From Rebecca billardiae RCC1528 (taxonomy: Eukaryota; Protista; Haptophyta): 64,000 nt of DNA. The translations under genes were made by a program, and so were the position numbers. Shown one piece after another: positions 1 through 10,205 of this stretch. The number at the start of each line of letters is the position of its first letter. Position 1 is the first letter of the stretch. The notes beneath the pieces are model-generated. The model worked only from the letters and a program-made list of their open reading frames with translations, had not been told where the DNA came from and made no database searches. The stretch is from NCBI GenBank assembly GCA_965240325.2, contig OZ251223.1:1736001-1800000 (forward strand), read 5' to 3'.

Positions 1-960
1 TCAGCGAGAGAGTCTAGAGAGCTCAGTCAACACCCTCAGACGGCGCGCGCTGATCTTCACGGTAAGTAAACCGGTGCGGATCGGCGCTGAGAGTGCTACG
101 TAGCACCCGGCACGATCTCCATTCTCGTCCAAGCAGTTTAGATCCGATTCGTCCGACGACGAAGACCAGCGCGCGTGCACTGCTCACATGCTGCCCAAGC
201 TGCGGAAGCTGCCAACGCGCCCAACGCCGCGGCCGCAGTCTGAGTGAATCGTATATTGCCTATTCAAGTGAATATATAGCCTATATATTGGCACGGCGGC
301 GTCGCCGCGGCGCGGGCTAAAAGACTGCTATCACGGCTGCGCGGGCGGCTCAGCCTCAATCATATCGCATCACTTCACAGCTTAGAGCACGCAGCACTCA
401 CTGGGCATCACGGCAGCAATATATTCAGTAATTCTGCGCACCGTCAACCTGAGGCATGCATCGGATCATGACGCAGCGCGATTCCCGCCGTAACTACGGT
501 TATTGCCAGTAGCCAGCAGTATCGTAGTCGGTACTGGCGGGCTCGACCTGAGTAGGCGGCGCCGCAAGCCCGCAACCGAGACTCTGCACCTGACGCTCGG
601 ATAGTCCCGGTCCCAGGACTCGCCGGCGACTACGTACTACGACTCGTACTCGGCGACCTGCCTGCAGGTCGGAGCAATTGGCCTCAGTCTTGAAGACATC
701 GTGCTTGGAGATCGAGAAAACGTTGACATGCGTCACTTGGAGCGGGCCCGTCGTCTTCGGACACATGCGAGACTCGATTGAATACAAGTCGCCGCATCAT
801 ACGGGTGTCATGGGTGGTGCACAAGTCCGCGGCGCGCCGTCGCCGTAGTCTGTCTGGCTCGCGTAGAATTAAGACAGGCACGAGGCGCGGGCTGCCGTCG
901 CGCCGCCTTCGCGCGCGCCGCGTCGCGTGGGCTGCGGCGCGCTTGCGCCGCAGCGCTCAG

Positions 961-2564
961 TCAGTGATGCCCAACAGGCTCTGCGGGCGCCTCGGCCTGG
1001 TTTGTGCGCAGATCGTCGACCGAGCTTGCCACCCACGTGAGTCGGTCGACAGGGTACCAACGCTGGTCGCCCTCCGCCTCGCACCCGCTCTCGACGAGGC
1101 ACGCGCGGATGCCAATGTGCACAGCGGCGCGCACGTCGGTCGCGTAGCGGTCGCCCACCATCATTATCTGGGCGCGCCGCGGATGAGGGAGGTTGCGTTG
1201 CATCAGCGTTGCGGGGTGAGGTGAGCGTCGCGGGCGCGGTCAGGCGCGCGGGGCGAGCGGCACACCGTGTCAGGGTCACCATTGTGTCCCTGGTCGAGTA
1301 GCATCTGGACGGCGCGGCCGATCATGAACTCGCGGCCGATGTTACCGCCCTTGCCGCAGATGACGAACTGGTCGCGCAGCCACGGCGGCGCGGCGGGGCG
1401 GAGCATCGCGGCAAACATGCCAGGGCCGGGCACGGCAAAGACCTGCCCCGGGAATCGCCCATCGTGCTGCGAGTTGAACGGGTCGTCGGCTGTGTAGATG
1501 AAGTCGGCGCCCTTGCGCACGAGGATGGTGAGCTGCGCGATCAGCTCGTACGACCACCCCTGCGCCGCGCCGCCCGTCTCGCCACGCTGCACGTCGTGGT
1601 CGAGGAACATGGCGATCGCGACGCGCGGCACGACCGCGCGCACCTTCACGTCGTCGGCCGCGTCGCGCGCCTCGCGCAGCTTCTCCGCGTCGAGGGCCCA
1701 CGATTTGACCTCTTCGTCGGAGAGGGATTCGGCGATGGTCCACTCCTGCATCTTCTTCAGCCCGGTCGGCCGCGAGAGGAACATGTCGTACCAGAAATTG
1801 CCCCCGCCTGAGACGATGAAGAGCTTGGAGCCGGCCGGCAGCGTGTCGAGGATAAAGTCGACCTGCGCATCCGCGGCGGTGCGGATGTGCTCGACGGGCA
1901 CGGGCTCGGAGGAGATAGCGAACGGGGGCGTGAGCAGCTTCTTCTGCGTCCCCGTCGGCCCCTTGTACCCCGTGTTCGACAGGAAGACGTGCGGGATCTT
2001 GTTGGCGAGCAGCCATGCATAGAACTCGCGCGCGCCGTGCAGGATGCCGGCCGGCTCGTAGATCGTGCCGTCGAGGTCGAGCAGGAAGGCGGTGACGCCA
2101 CTGGAGCGCGGGTCGTACCGCGGGATTGGGTCCTGCACCGCCCTCGGCGGCGGCACAAAGTAGTCCACAAACTCATCCTGCGAGATGAAGCCGTCCGAGT
2201 TGGCGTCAATGTTTGCGTAGATCTGCTCGAGCAGCGGGCGCGGCGCGGTCGGGTCGAGCTGCAGCAGCTTCTGCACGAGCGGGTAGCGCTGGAGCCCGTC
2301 GAGCACCTCCTCGCGCGACAGCTGCGCGTCCCCGTCCGAGTCCATCAGCTTGAACGCCGCGAGCACCGCGCTGCGCATCTGGTCGCCGCCGGCGCCTGTC
2401 GAGTGAGTCACCGTGAACGCGCCGCCAGGCGCGATAACCACGAGCCCATCAATGCTGTCGGACTTCTTGGTGCCGAAGAGGCGCTTCTTGAACGAGCCCA
2501 GGCTCAGCCGCCGCTCTGTGCTCTTCTCCCTCTCGACCGCCGGCTCGCGTGGCGCCCGTGACAT
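961..2564 (-). CDS. EF-hand pair fused to a HAD-IIA (NagD/PGP-like) phosphatase; 2 exons (2564-1266, 1167-961)
   Basis: EF loops DSDGDAQLSREE and DANSDGFISQDE; HAD motif I FLLDLDGTIY, motif II LSNT, Lys in CGKG. Motif IV (IMMVGDRYATDV) is restored by splicing a GT-AG intron at 1265-1168. Start taken as ATG 2564 (MSRAPREP), because the upstream part of ORF 1203..3011 runs into a transposon. Confidence 0.85.
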
Positions 2565-2580
2565 GATCGAATAGATGTAT

Positions 2581-3876
2581 CCACCCGTTCCAGAAAGGCG
2601 ATTAGTTCGGACACGGTCCGGGAGCTCAAAAGGTGCAAGTTGCACCTTTTGAGCTCCCGGACCACAGTGGGCGCACGCGGGGCCGCGGCCGTTGAGAAGG
2701 GGCGGGGGCGGGCGGGCGACGTCGACGTCGCGGCGTTCCACGCGCTCTGCTGTCGATGACTTGCTGTTGGCGGCGCGCGCCGCGCTGGCGAGGTGGCTCG
2801 GACCCATGCGCGCCTTCGAGCGCCCGGCGACCGCGCGCGCATCGGCTTCCTCCGCCTGCGAGTCGCCCGCGGCCGCGACCTCCGCCCGCTTCGAGTGGGT
2901 TGACTGCGCCCGAGCCTGCTCGCCGCCGAGCGCAGGGATGAGTCGAGCGCGGCGCGAGGCGGCGATCGTGATCGGGCGATCGTGTGCGCCCATATGCGCC
3001 CCATCTGCCACGGCGCGACCGCTTCAGCGTGCGTATGTCACCCCACTTGTCAGGGATGTCGGGTAGCAGGCGAGCACCGTCGGCCAGTGTGTCCGCCCGC
3101 GCCGCGTGCGCACAGGGCCATACGACGCGGAAACACGTCACAACCGGCATCAGTGCATGGCCATGGCCGTGTACAGCCCCGCGTGGGCCACCAAGGTCAT
3201 GCCATCCACTGCTCTGCCAGCTCGCAACGTGCGTCAATGCTGACGACAACTCTGGTCGAGAAGAAGTTGCTTCTTGAGTTCTGTCACAGTGGTGCACACG
3301 GCATCAGTGGACGTCCCCATGACTACGGATGCGGACCAACCGTGCCCGCCAGCTTGCGTAGCGAAGACATCACGAGACGTCACGGAGCGACATCCGATGC
3401 GTAGAGCCCTTCGCGCACGCGGCGCGGGCGGACACGCTGGCCGGCAGAGCTCGCCCGCTCCCCGACATGCCTGACAAGTGGGGTCCCATACGCACGCTGA
3501 AGCTGTCGCGCCGAGGCAAATAGGGCGCAGATGGGCGCATGCGATCGCCCGATCGTGATCGCCGCCTCGCGCCGCGCTCAACTCATCCCTGCGCTCGGCC
3601 GCGAGCAGGCTCGGGCGCAGTCAACCCCCTCGAAGCGGGCGGCCGCCGCGGGCGCGGGCGACTTGCAGGCGGAGGAAGCCGATGCGCGCGCGGTCGCCGG
3701 GCGCTCAAAGGCGCGCATGGGTCCGAGCCATCCCGCCCGCGCGGCGCGCGCCGCCCAAGTCACGCATATCTCGGTCCGCACGTCGGCCACGCGCCCACCT
3801 GTTCGCCATCCTTCCGCCAGTCCGCCACCAGCCGGGGCGCCTGGCGGCGGAACAACACCCTGCGTGGAACGGGTGG
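2581..3876. mobile_element. Non-autonomous TIR/foldback DNA transposon (termini CCACCCGTTCCA...TGGAACGGGTGG)
   Basis: 12-13 bp terminal inverted repeats with a 2-bp duplication (AT, or TA if the TIR is 1 bp longer). Diverged internal inverted arms at ~2770-3130 and ~3395-3757. Perfect palindrome with 24-bp arms at 2615-2663. Confidence 0.8.
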
Positions 3877-3942
3877 ATAAATAAGGGCGCCGGTCCCAGC
3901 CGGCGCCGTCCTAAAGTACCTGTGTCGTTAAATCATAGAATG

Positions 3943-4134
3943 AGTCTGATCACCCGGAGCCCGTTATAAAGGGGAATTTATTATTATTAGGTCCAGAGGC
4001 TCTGACGACCGTGCGCCCACTGACAGTGGTTTGAGGTTGGGTGAGGGTGGTGGTTGGTTGGGGGCTGGCCAGGGTAGGGCTGGAGGCTTCGGCCGCCAGT
4101 CTGATCACCCGGAGCCCGTTATAAAGGGGAATTT
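3943..4134 (+). repeat. Two tandem copies (3943-3979 truncated; 4025-4134) of the dispersed stem-loop repeat ending GGAGCCCGTTATAAAGGGGAATT
   Basis: Near-identical 3' ends; further copies at 21872-21983(-), 22138-22210(-) and 36389-36531(+); TTA-like tail after the first copy. Confidence 0.8.
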
Positions 4135-4393
4135 GTTATTGACATGACGGTTGGCGATTCTCGGCTAGCTATAATAATCCTTGGGTCTGGCTCGGTTGGC
4201 CACGTCAGTCGCGTCGTCAGCACTCGGCACACCAGGTTTATTAGGATAATTATCAGGCTCTATCATGAGGTAGCTGGTTGATTTCATTAATTTTCATTCG
4301 TCCTTTCCGGACATATGCCGGGCCGTACAGTCAGCTATGTTTTTAGCGCCGTAAACGCTTACGGCTACCTATCTCCCTTGGCTCCAACTCCTG

Positions 4394-4555
4394 CCACCCG
4401 TCCCAGAAAGCCTCTGAGCCCGTCTTCGGCTCAGCGGGCTCAAAAACTTCGCAGCGAGGTTTTTGAGCTCAGTGACTATGAAATGGACTGGCAACGAATA
4501 GCTGCGGGTATTTTTCAATACCAGGGGCCTTGATGTAGGGGGCTGGGACGGGTGG
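4394..4555. mobile_element. 162-bp MITE of the same family as 2581-3876
   Basis: TIR CCACCCGTCCCAG (4394-4406) / CTGGGACGGGTGG (4543-4555), flanked by TG/TG. Shares the left-end CCACCCGT(T/C)CCAGAAAG and the GCTCAAAA..TTTTGAGC hairpin. Confidence 0.75.
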
Positions 4556-4586
4556 TGCGGGGGATGACGTGAAGCATTCGACCCCA

Positions 4587-5884
4587 GGCTTGTCAGACAA
4601 ACCCACGCTGGCGGCGGAATGTCCGGAAAGCGCAGATCACCAACCGGACGGCCGGCTCCCTGCGGGGAGCCGGCCGTCCGGTGCGCATCGAATAGGCGTC
4701 GCGCGTGCGCGGACTGGGACGCCAGCCTCAACGGCGGGATGGCGCTCACTGGGCGACGCGAGGGCCCGCCTGCGCCACGCGCCCAGGGCCGCATGCGTGC
4801 TTGACGGCCTTGCGCGGGTGCCTCGTGGTGGCGAGAAGACCCGATGGCAGCATTTGCGCCGCCTTGTCCACGCCCTCGTCACCCTTTATGCGCGCAAAGA
4901 CCTGCTAACTGGCACGCGCAGCTCTAGAATTGAAGGCCTGCCCGACGAGCATGATGGTCGGCACGCGTGCGCCCCTGAGGTATTCAACGGTCGGGTACTT
5001 TCACTTCTGTGCGAGGGGCCTGAGAGTACTGAGCATGAACGCTGCGCCTTGAGCCATGCTGGCATCAGTCAGACCACACGCATGTATGTGAGACGGGCCA
5101 GGGCGGAGAATCGTCATCGGGCCGCCGCCGCCAGTTAGTCAGCCTTGCTTCTTCTCCACGCATAGCCTCGAGCAACAACTAGGCTAGCACATCTGTTGCG
5201 TCGACTTCCGACACCTTGCGGTCTGCTTCGTCGCTCATGCCTCTATACCTCCCTACGAATGGCGGCATGCCCGGCTGGCGCGAGCCCCGGCCCGCCGTGA
5301 ACGGCGCGCACGCCGCCCGCGGCGATCGGCCGACTCACAGCTGACCGGCTCCAGATCGGACCACACCGCGCCATGAGCGTGGGTGCACACGAGTGTGCAG
5401 GCGATCGCTCACATGCCGAGCGCACTGTCTACGGCCAGCAGGTGCCCAAGAACGCACTGTGCTGCAACATGTGCATTTGAGCTGTTCGAACAATCTGCTC
5501 ACCAAGTAACAAAACCGCTCATCTCCGCTGAGTATGCGCGGGCATCGTCGCGCGCTGGGGCTCGTCGATGCGCCAACACCTAGGCCCATCGGGCAGAGGC
5601 CGTGGCTCGTCTTAATTGGGCCTCTGGCACACGCGCGCGCGCGCTCTCGCGCGGCGGGCCGCCTCGTGGACGCGTCGCGTGGAAAGTAGCCGGGCCCTGC
5701 GCGCGGCGAGGGCGGCGAGGGCGGGCGGGAGCGCGCGCGATTGAGCCCCATAGGTGTCTTGAGCCGCGCCGACCTCGCGCGCGCACCCGCAGCGGCCGTG
5801 GGTGCGCGTCCGAGCGCGCCGCGTGAGGTCGCCATCGTGCCGTGCGCGCGCGGGGCCGCCCAGCGTGGGTTTGTCTGACAAGCC
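4587..5884. mobile_element. Non-autonomous TIR element, PIF/Harbinger(Tourist)-like
   Basis: Perfect 25-bp TIR GGCTTGTCAGACAAACCCACGCTGG (4587-4611 / 5860-5884); 3-bp duplication CCA on both sides; no transposase seen. Confidence 0.8.
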
Positions 5885-5903
5885 CCAGGCCTCCCTCGCG
5901 CTC

Positions 5904-6890
5904 ATGCCGCAGCCGGAATGGCTGCCGGTCTTCGTCGGCGAGACGGTCGGCACGTTCGTGCTGTGCATGCTTGGGTTCGGCGTGGTCGCCATGGCCACGC
6001 TCACCGAGTTTGAGAGCACCTCGCTCGTCGATATCTCGGCGATCTGGGGCGTCGGCGTAACATTTGGCATCTGGGCGTCGGCTGGCCTGTCGGACAGCCA
6101 CCTCAACCCGGCTGTCACGCTGACGATGCTCTCGCTCGGGCGGATCCGGCGCGAGCTCTTGCCGGCGTATCTAGGCGGGCAGACGCTCGGTTCGACGCTC
6201 GCCTCTCTGCTCCTCGTCGCCTCCTACCACCCAGCGATCATCGCACGTGGGCATGTGCCCTTCCAACTCGGATTCGCCGCCGTTGACGGCAGCCTGGCGG
6301 TCGGCGGCGTCGTGTGCTTCGTGCACGAGGCGTGGTCGACTGCGATGATCGTGTTCGCCATCTTCGCCATCGACGACGGCCCGGGCAAGCCCGTCGCGAT
6401 CGGCGTGGTCGTCGCCGCGATGATCGTCATCGTCGCGCCGCTCACCGGCGCTGGCTTCAACCCCGCGCGCGACATCGGCCCGCGCATCGCCGCGCTGGTG
6501 CTGCAGGGAGCCGCACCGGGCGTGAGGGGCTGGGACGGCGGCCAGTTCCTGCCCTACTGGCTCGGGCCCATCGTTGGCGCCCCCCTCGGCGCGCGGCTCC
6601 TCAACGCGGTACGCGCGCTGAAGCTGGTTGAGCCGCCCGCCGCGGACGACCTCAAGGCGCGCTTCGTCAAGATGCCGACACTCTCGTACATCCCGCCTGG
6701 CATGCTGCCGAGCGGACCAAGGGCCCATCAAGTCTCTCCTGGCTGCAGCAGCGCCGCCGCCACCACCATCACCGCTACTGACAGCACTGGCAGCATCCGC
6801 GCCTTTTCCACCACTCACGAAAGCGCAGGCGCAGGCGCAGGCGGAGGCGCGGCAGGCAGCCGAGTCGCTTTTTTAACCCGCGCTTCGTAG
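5904..6890 (+). CDS. Aquaglyceroporin (MIP family, GlpF-type)
   Basis: ExxGT in TM1, SHLNPAVT, and GFNPARD (Asp after the second NPAR is the glyceroporin signature), YWLGPIVGA; six hydrophobic segments. ATG at 5904; upstream ORF sequence is transposon TIR. Confidence 0.92.
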   Translation: MPQPEWLPVFVGETVGTFVLCMLGFGVVAMATLTEFESTSLVDISAIWGVGVTFGIWASAGLSDSHLNPAVTLTMLSLGRIRRELLPAYLGGQTLGSTLASLLLVASYHPAIIARGHVPFQLGFAAVDGSLAVGGVVCFVHEAWSTAMIVFAIFAIDDGPGKPVAIGVVVAAMIVIVAPLTGAGFNPARDIGPRIAALVLQGAAPGVRGWDGGQFLPYWLGPIVGAPLGARLLNAVRALKLVEPPAADDLKARFVKMPTLSYIPPGMLPSGPRAHQVSPGCSSAAATTITATDSTGSIRAFSTTHESAGAGAGGGAAGSRVAFLTRAS

Positions 6891-7009
6891 TCCGCAGCGT
6901 AACTAGTCGCGGATGATTCATGCGCGCCCCTTCCGTCGCGCGCAGCGCACGTCGTTTGTTGCGCTGCGTATGGTAGTCCCGCCGCGCGTGGGTTTCAGCA
7001 CCGCCGCCA

Positions 7010-7075
7010 TTTATAATATATATATATATATATTCTGCTTATTATAATATAATAATAATAATAATAATAATATTT
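7010..7075. repeat. (TA)n/(TAA)n microsatellite
   Basis: Directly visible. Confidence 0.8.
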
Positions 7076-7344
7076 TATTCAGCATGACGATGATGACGCC
7101 GATGCGCGCATATTCGTCATATTATTTCGTCATCGCGGATTCGGAAGATATTACTGTGGGGCGGCCGCTTGCTGCAATGGCCGCCTCGATGATTTGGTGC
7201 GGCAACTCTGCGGACGCGGCTGCCCTCACCAGTGTCACAGTGACCAGTCACCTGCCTGCCGGCGCCGGGGCTCGGTTATCGGTGGCGGTGTCTTTGTGCG
7301 CAGTGTTCTGTGTCACTGGATGGCGTCAATCACGCCTTGCAGTT

Positions 7345-8826
7345 TGGCGGGCCGTACTGTCGGTCCGCCCCTTGTAGCAGTGCCCGGGGAAAAGATAAGA
7401 AAAAGAAAATAATGAAGAAAATCGCCTCGCCAAGAAAAGAAAATCGCGTCGCTCACTACCGGGCGCCCTCGCAGCTCCCACTGGGGACGCTCGGCCGAAA
7501 ATATGTTCAGGCTGGCGCGGAGCGCGTGGGCCGCGCACGCCAGATCCAACGCCGGCGCGGACATCGCGCGAGGACTCCCGATGGGGATTTTCGCCCGATT
7601 CGCGATTCCTCCCCTCGTCGTCTCGCGTGCAGGTCGAACGGGGGCCAAAGTCGACGCGTTTGGAGGTACGCTCGGCGCGTCGACACGATCGTGCGACCTG
7701 GGGCGGTCCTCGCCTGACTTGCACGTCGAGCGCTCGGACGGGCCAAACTATCAAGCGCTGCGCACGACAACCACCTCGCGCGATCCACCGCCGCGCGTCG
7801 GGCTCGGTGCGGAAAGGCCCTCATCACGAGGTGTCTCGCGGGCGGGAAGCGCCATCGCACGCGACGCAAGATTTGGCGCGGCCTTCTGAACACGATCGCC
7901 GGAATCCGCGCACCGGACTGTCGCTCGCGGTCCCTCAGCCGAAGCCCACGTCCGGCGTGCATGGCGTCGAAGCGCCAACGGCGTACGACGCGCAGCGGAC
8001 GCACCTCCCGGGTCTGTCGCCGTGGCAGCAACCGTGTCTTCGCGAGTTGGCGACCCTCGCCGCATCGCGACACAGACAAGCCCGTGATGCCATCCGCAGA
8101 GCGATGAAACGTCGAGCATGCAACATCGCCGCGCCATCCTCGTCCATAGCGCAGGCGCTGCGGGACAAGGCGGAAGTCGTCACGCCGGTGACGAATGCGC
8201 TGTGATTCGTTTGCCTGCGTGAGCAGCTCGTGCCCACTCTCGATTGCGAGGCACACACTGTCGCTGTGCGCGCGCGCGCGCACAACCAACAGCTCCTCGT
8301 GCCGCCGAACACGCGGGCGCCAGACCTGTCGAAGATGCGAAGAGCGACAACCGCCTGAACGTCAACGCGCTCGTGCTCAGCGTGGCGGCCGTGTACGATT
8401 TCAACGCGACATGCGCCGAGCCCATCATGCCCGGAGCGGACATCGGCAAGCATCCTCGCCGGACGACCGCTCTCGGCTGGCGGCAGGAGGACATGCACAT
8501 GATCTACTCTGGCGGCTTCGTCGGCGGCGAGGCGCTCGATTACGCCATCGCGGCCGAGATGCGGCACACGCAGCGCGTACCCGCGCTCGCGCGGAGCAAC
8601 GGGCTACCCGCCCCGCCCCGCGTGCTGCACATTCCCTCGTGGGTGTGGGCCTCGCTGATGCGCACGCCGAACGTGTACACGTGAGTGGGAGAACTTCAGG
8701 TGTCACTGGTCCGACTGTCCGTCACCCACGGCCACGAGCGAATGTGGAAAGACGCGAACCCGCAGAGGAAACATTGCGACAGCACTGGCACGGCCCGCCG
8801 ACCCCCCCGCCCGCCAGGGCACGGTT
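7345..8826 (+). mobile_element. Family A Helitron2/Helentron-like non-autonomous element, copy 1
   Basis: 5' TGGCGGGCCGT with an adjacent partial inverted repeat GGTCCGCC; 3' subterminal ACGGCCCGCC (8790-8799), then hairpin GCCC-GCCA-GGGC and T run; T-rich flanks. Full-length homologues at 43781-45287 and 45291-46848. Confidence 0.75.
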
Positions 8827-8993
8827 TATTATAAAGGCTCACCGGGTGGCAGGTTGGGAGCCGCGCCATCCTTCAGCGCACGCTCTCCGAAGAGAGACCT
8901 GGAAAGTGGAAACTGGTTATTTGAACCCACCGACCTCAGTACCAAGTGTACGTAAAAACATATAGTAAACTGTAATCATCAGTCACACCCGGG

Positions 8994-10205
8994 ATGGCGG
9001 CGGCCATATCCTCGCGGCGGGTCCCGTGGCTGGTCGTTGTTGTCGTCGTTGTCGCCACAGTGGCCCGAGCACGGCCGCTGCCGCTCAGGACGAGGCGTTT
9101 CCCTACATTGCGTTGTCCAAACGGCGTTGCGTTCCCCGAGGCCGTGTACTACATCAATCGCGACAAGGACGTGGACCGACACATTGAAATGCGCGAGAAG
9201 CTCGCCCGCGCGCGATTGATCGGCGTGCGGGTTCCGGCCGTCGAGGCCCCAACGATCCCCAGGGGGCAGTCGCTTGCAACTATCGGGCACTTCTCGACCA
9301 ACGCGACGAGGGCCTTTGTAAGCGCACTCCTCTCGCAGCAGCGGTGTGCCCACCTCGTGAAGCGCAGCTGCTCGATTCAGAACGTGGTCCGCTGCTGCGT
9401 CGGCGCGTCGCTCTCGACGCCGAACGCATGCTGGCACATGAGCGCATACGACATCCGGGGCAACTCTACCTTGCGCATGAGCTCGCAGGCGTGCGCGACC
9501 CTGGCGGCGGTCCACCTGAGCAACCTGCGCGTGGTGCGCATGATGGCCAAGCACAACCAGCCGTGCGTGCCGACGGCGGGCGCGCCATGCCCGCACCGCT
9601 TCGTGCTCATGCTCGAAGATGACGTACGCCCGCACGAGCACTGGCGTGCGCGCTACTGCGCGTTCATGCGCGAGAACCCGCCCGACACCTGGGACATCGC
9701 CAAGGTTGAATCCACGCGCATGCGCAACAAGTGGACCGTCACGTCACGCACATCGCTCGGCCGCTGCACGCGCAGCAAGGGCGGGGCCGGATTCTCGTCG
9801 TCGCACGAGCTCGCGCCCAGGTTTGCATACACGGCGAGCAAGGTAGCGGTGCTGCGCCGCATGCACTCGGAACTCGCGTGGCACGACTTGGTGCGCGTGC
9901 CCTTCGCGATGGGCACGGCCGCGATGCTCATCAACGTCGACGCCATTGGCAAGCTGCTGCACCTGCTGGACAGCTCGCCCGTGCACACGAACGACTACTT
10001 GTACAGGGAGGCGCATTGCACGCAGCAGCTCCGCTTCGCCATGAGCGACCACGTCATCTTCAACCCGGTCACGCGGCAGCAGCTGACGTCGACCATCGGC
10101 CGCCGCCTTTCCGTTGCCGCTGAAAGCTTTCTCGGCGACGTTGGCGGCCTGTTGTCGCACTACCTCTGGGACTCGTCATCGGCGCCCACTCGGGCCACAC
10201 AGTGA
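8994..10205 (+). CDS. Glycosyltransferase, GT25-like, with N-terminal signal/anchor
   Basis: Hydrophobic N-terminus (WLVVVVVVVAT); YYINRDKDVDR (GT25 INL..R..R start motif), RVPAV, LAAVHL, LMLEDDV (EDD motif), GTAAMLIN. Confidence 0.7.
   Translation: MAAAISSRRVPWLVVVVVVVATVARARPLPLRTRRFPTLRCPNGVAFPEAVYYINRDKDVDRHIEMREKLARARLIGVRVPAVEAPTIPRGQSLATIGHFSTNATRAFVSALLSQQRCAHLVKRSCSIQNVVRCCVGASLSTPNACWHMSAYDIRGNSTLRMSSQACATLAAVHLSNLRVVRMMAKHNQPCVPTAGAPCPHRFVLMLEDDVRPHEHWRARYCAFMRENPPDTWDIAKVESTRMRNKWTVTSRTSLGRCTRSKGGAGFSSSHELAPRFAYTASKVAVLRRMHSELAWHDLVRVPFAMGTAAMLINVDAIGKLLHLLDSSPVHTNDYLYREAHCTQQLRFAMSDHVIFNPVTRQQLTSTIGRRLSVAAESFLGDVGGLLSHYLWDSSSAPTRATQ

Noticed and set aside
500-880. Short coding-like minus-strand fragment (LYSIESRMCPKTTGPLQVTHVNVFSISKHDVF)
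   Set aside because: An in-frame stop lies just upstream and no family is recognisable; cannot support a gene call.
2565-3011. N-terminal ~150 aa of ORF 1203..3011 and its mirror ORF 3531..3884
   Set aside because: Both are read-through of the inverted arms of a transposon, not protein.
4025-4134. Possible hammerhead ribozyme or SECIS in the stem-loop repeat
   Set aside because: It has CTGATCA rather than CTGANGA with no GAAA partner, and lacks the ATGA/GA quartet and apical AA of a SECIS.
2580-5884. Two neighbouring TIR elements have almost the same length (~1.3 kb)
   Set aside because: Different TIRs, TSDs and interiors; treated as coincidence.
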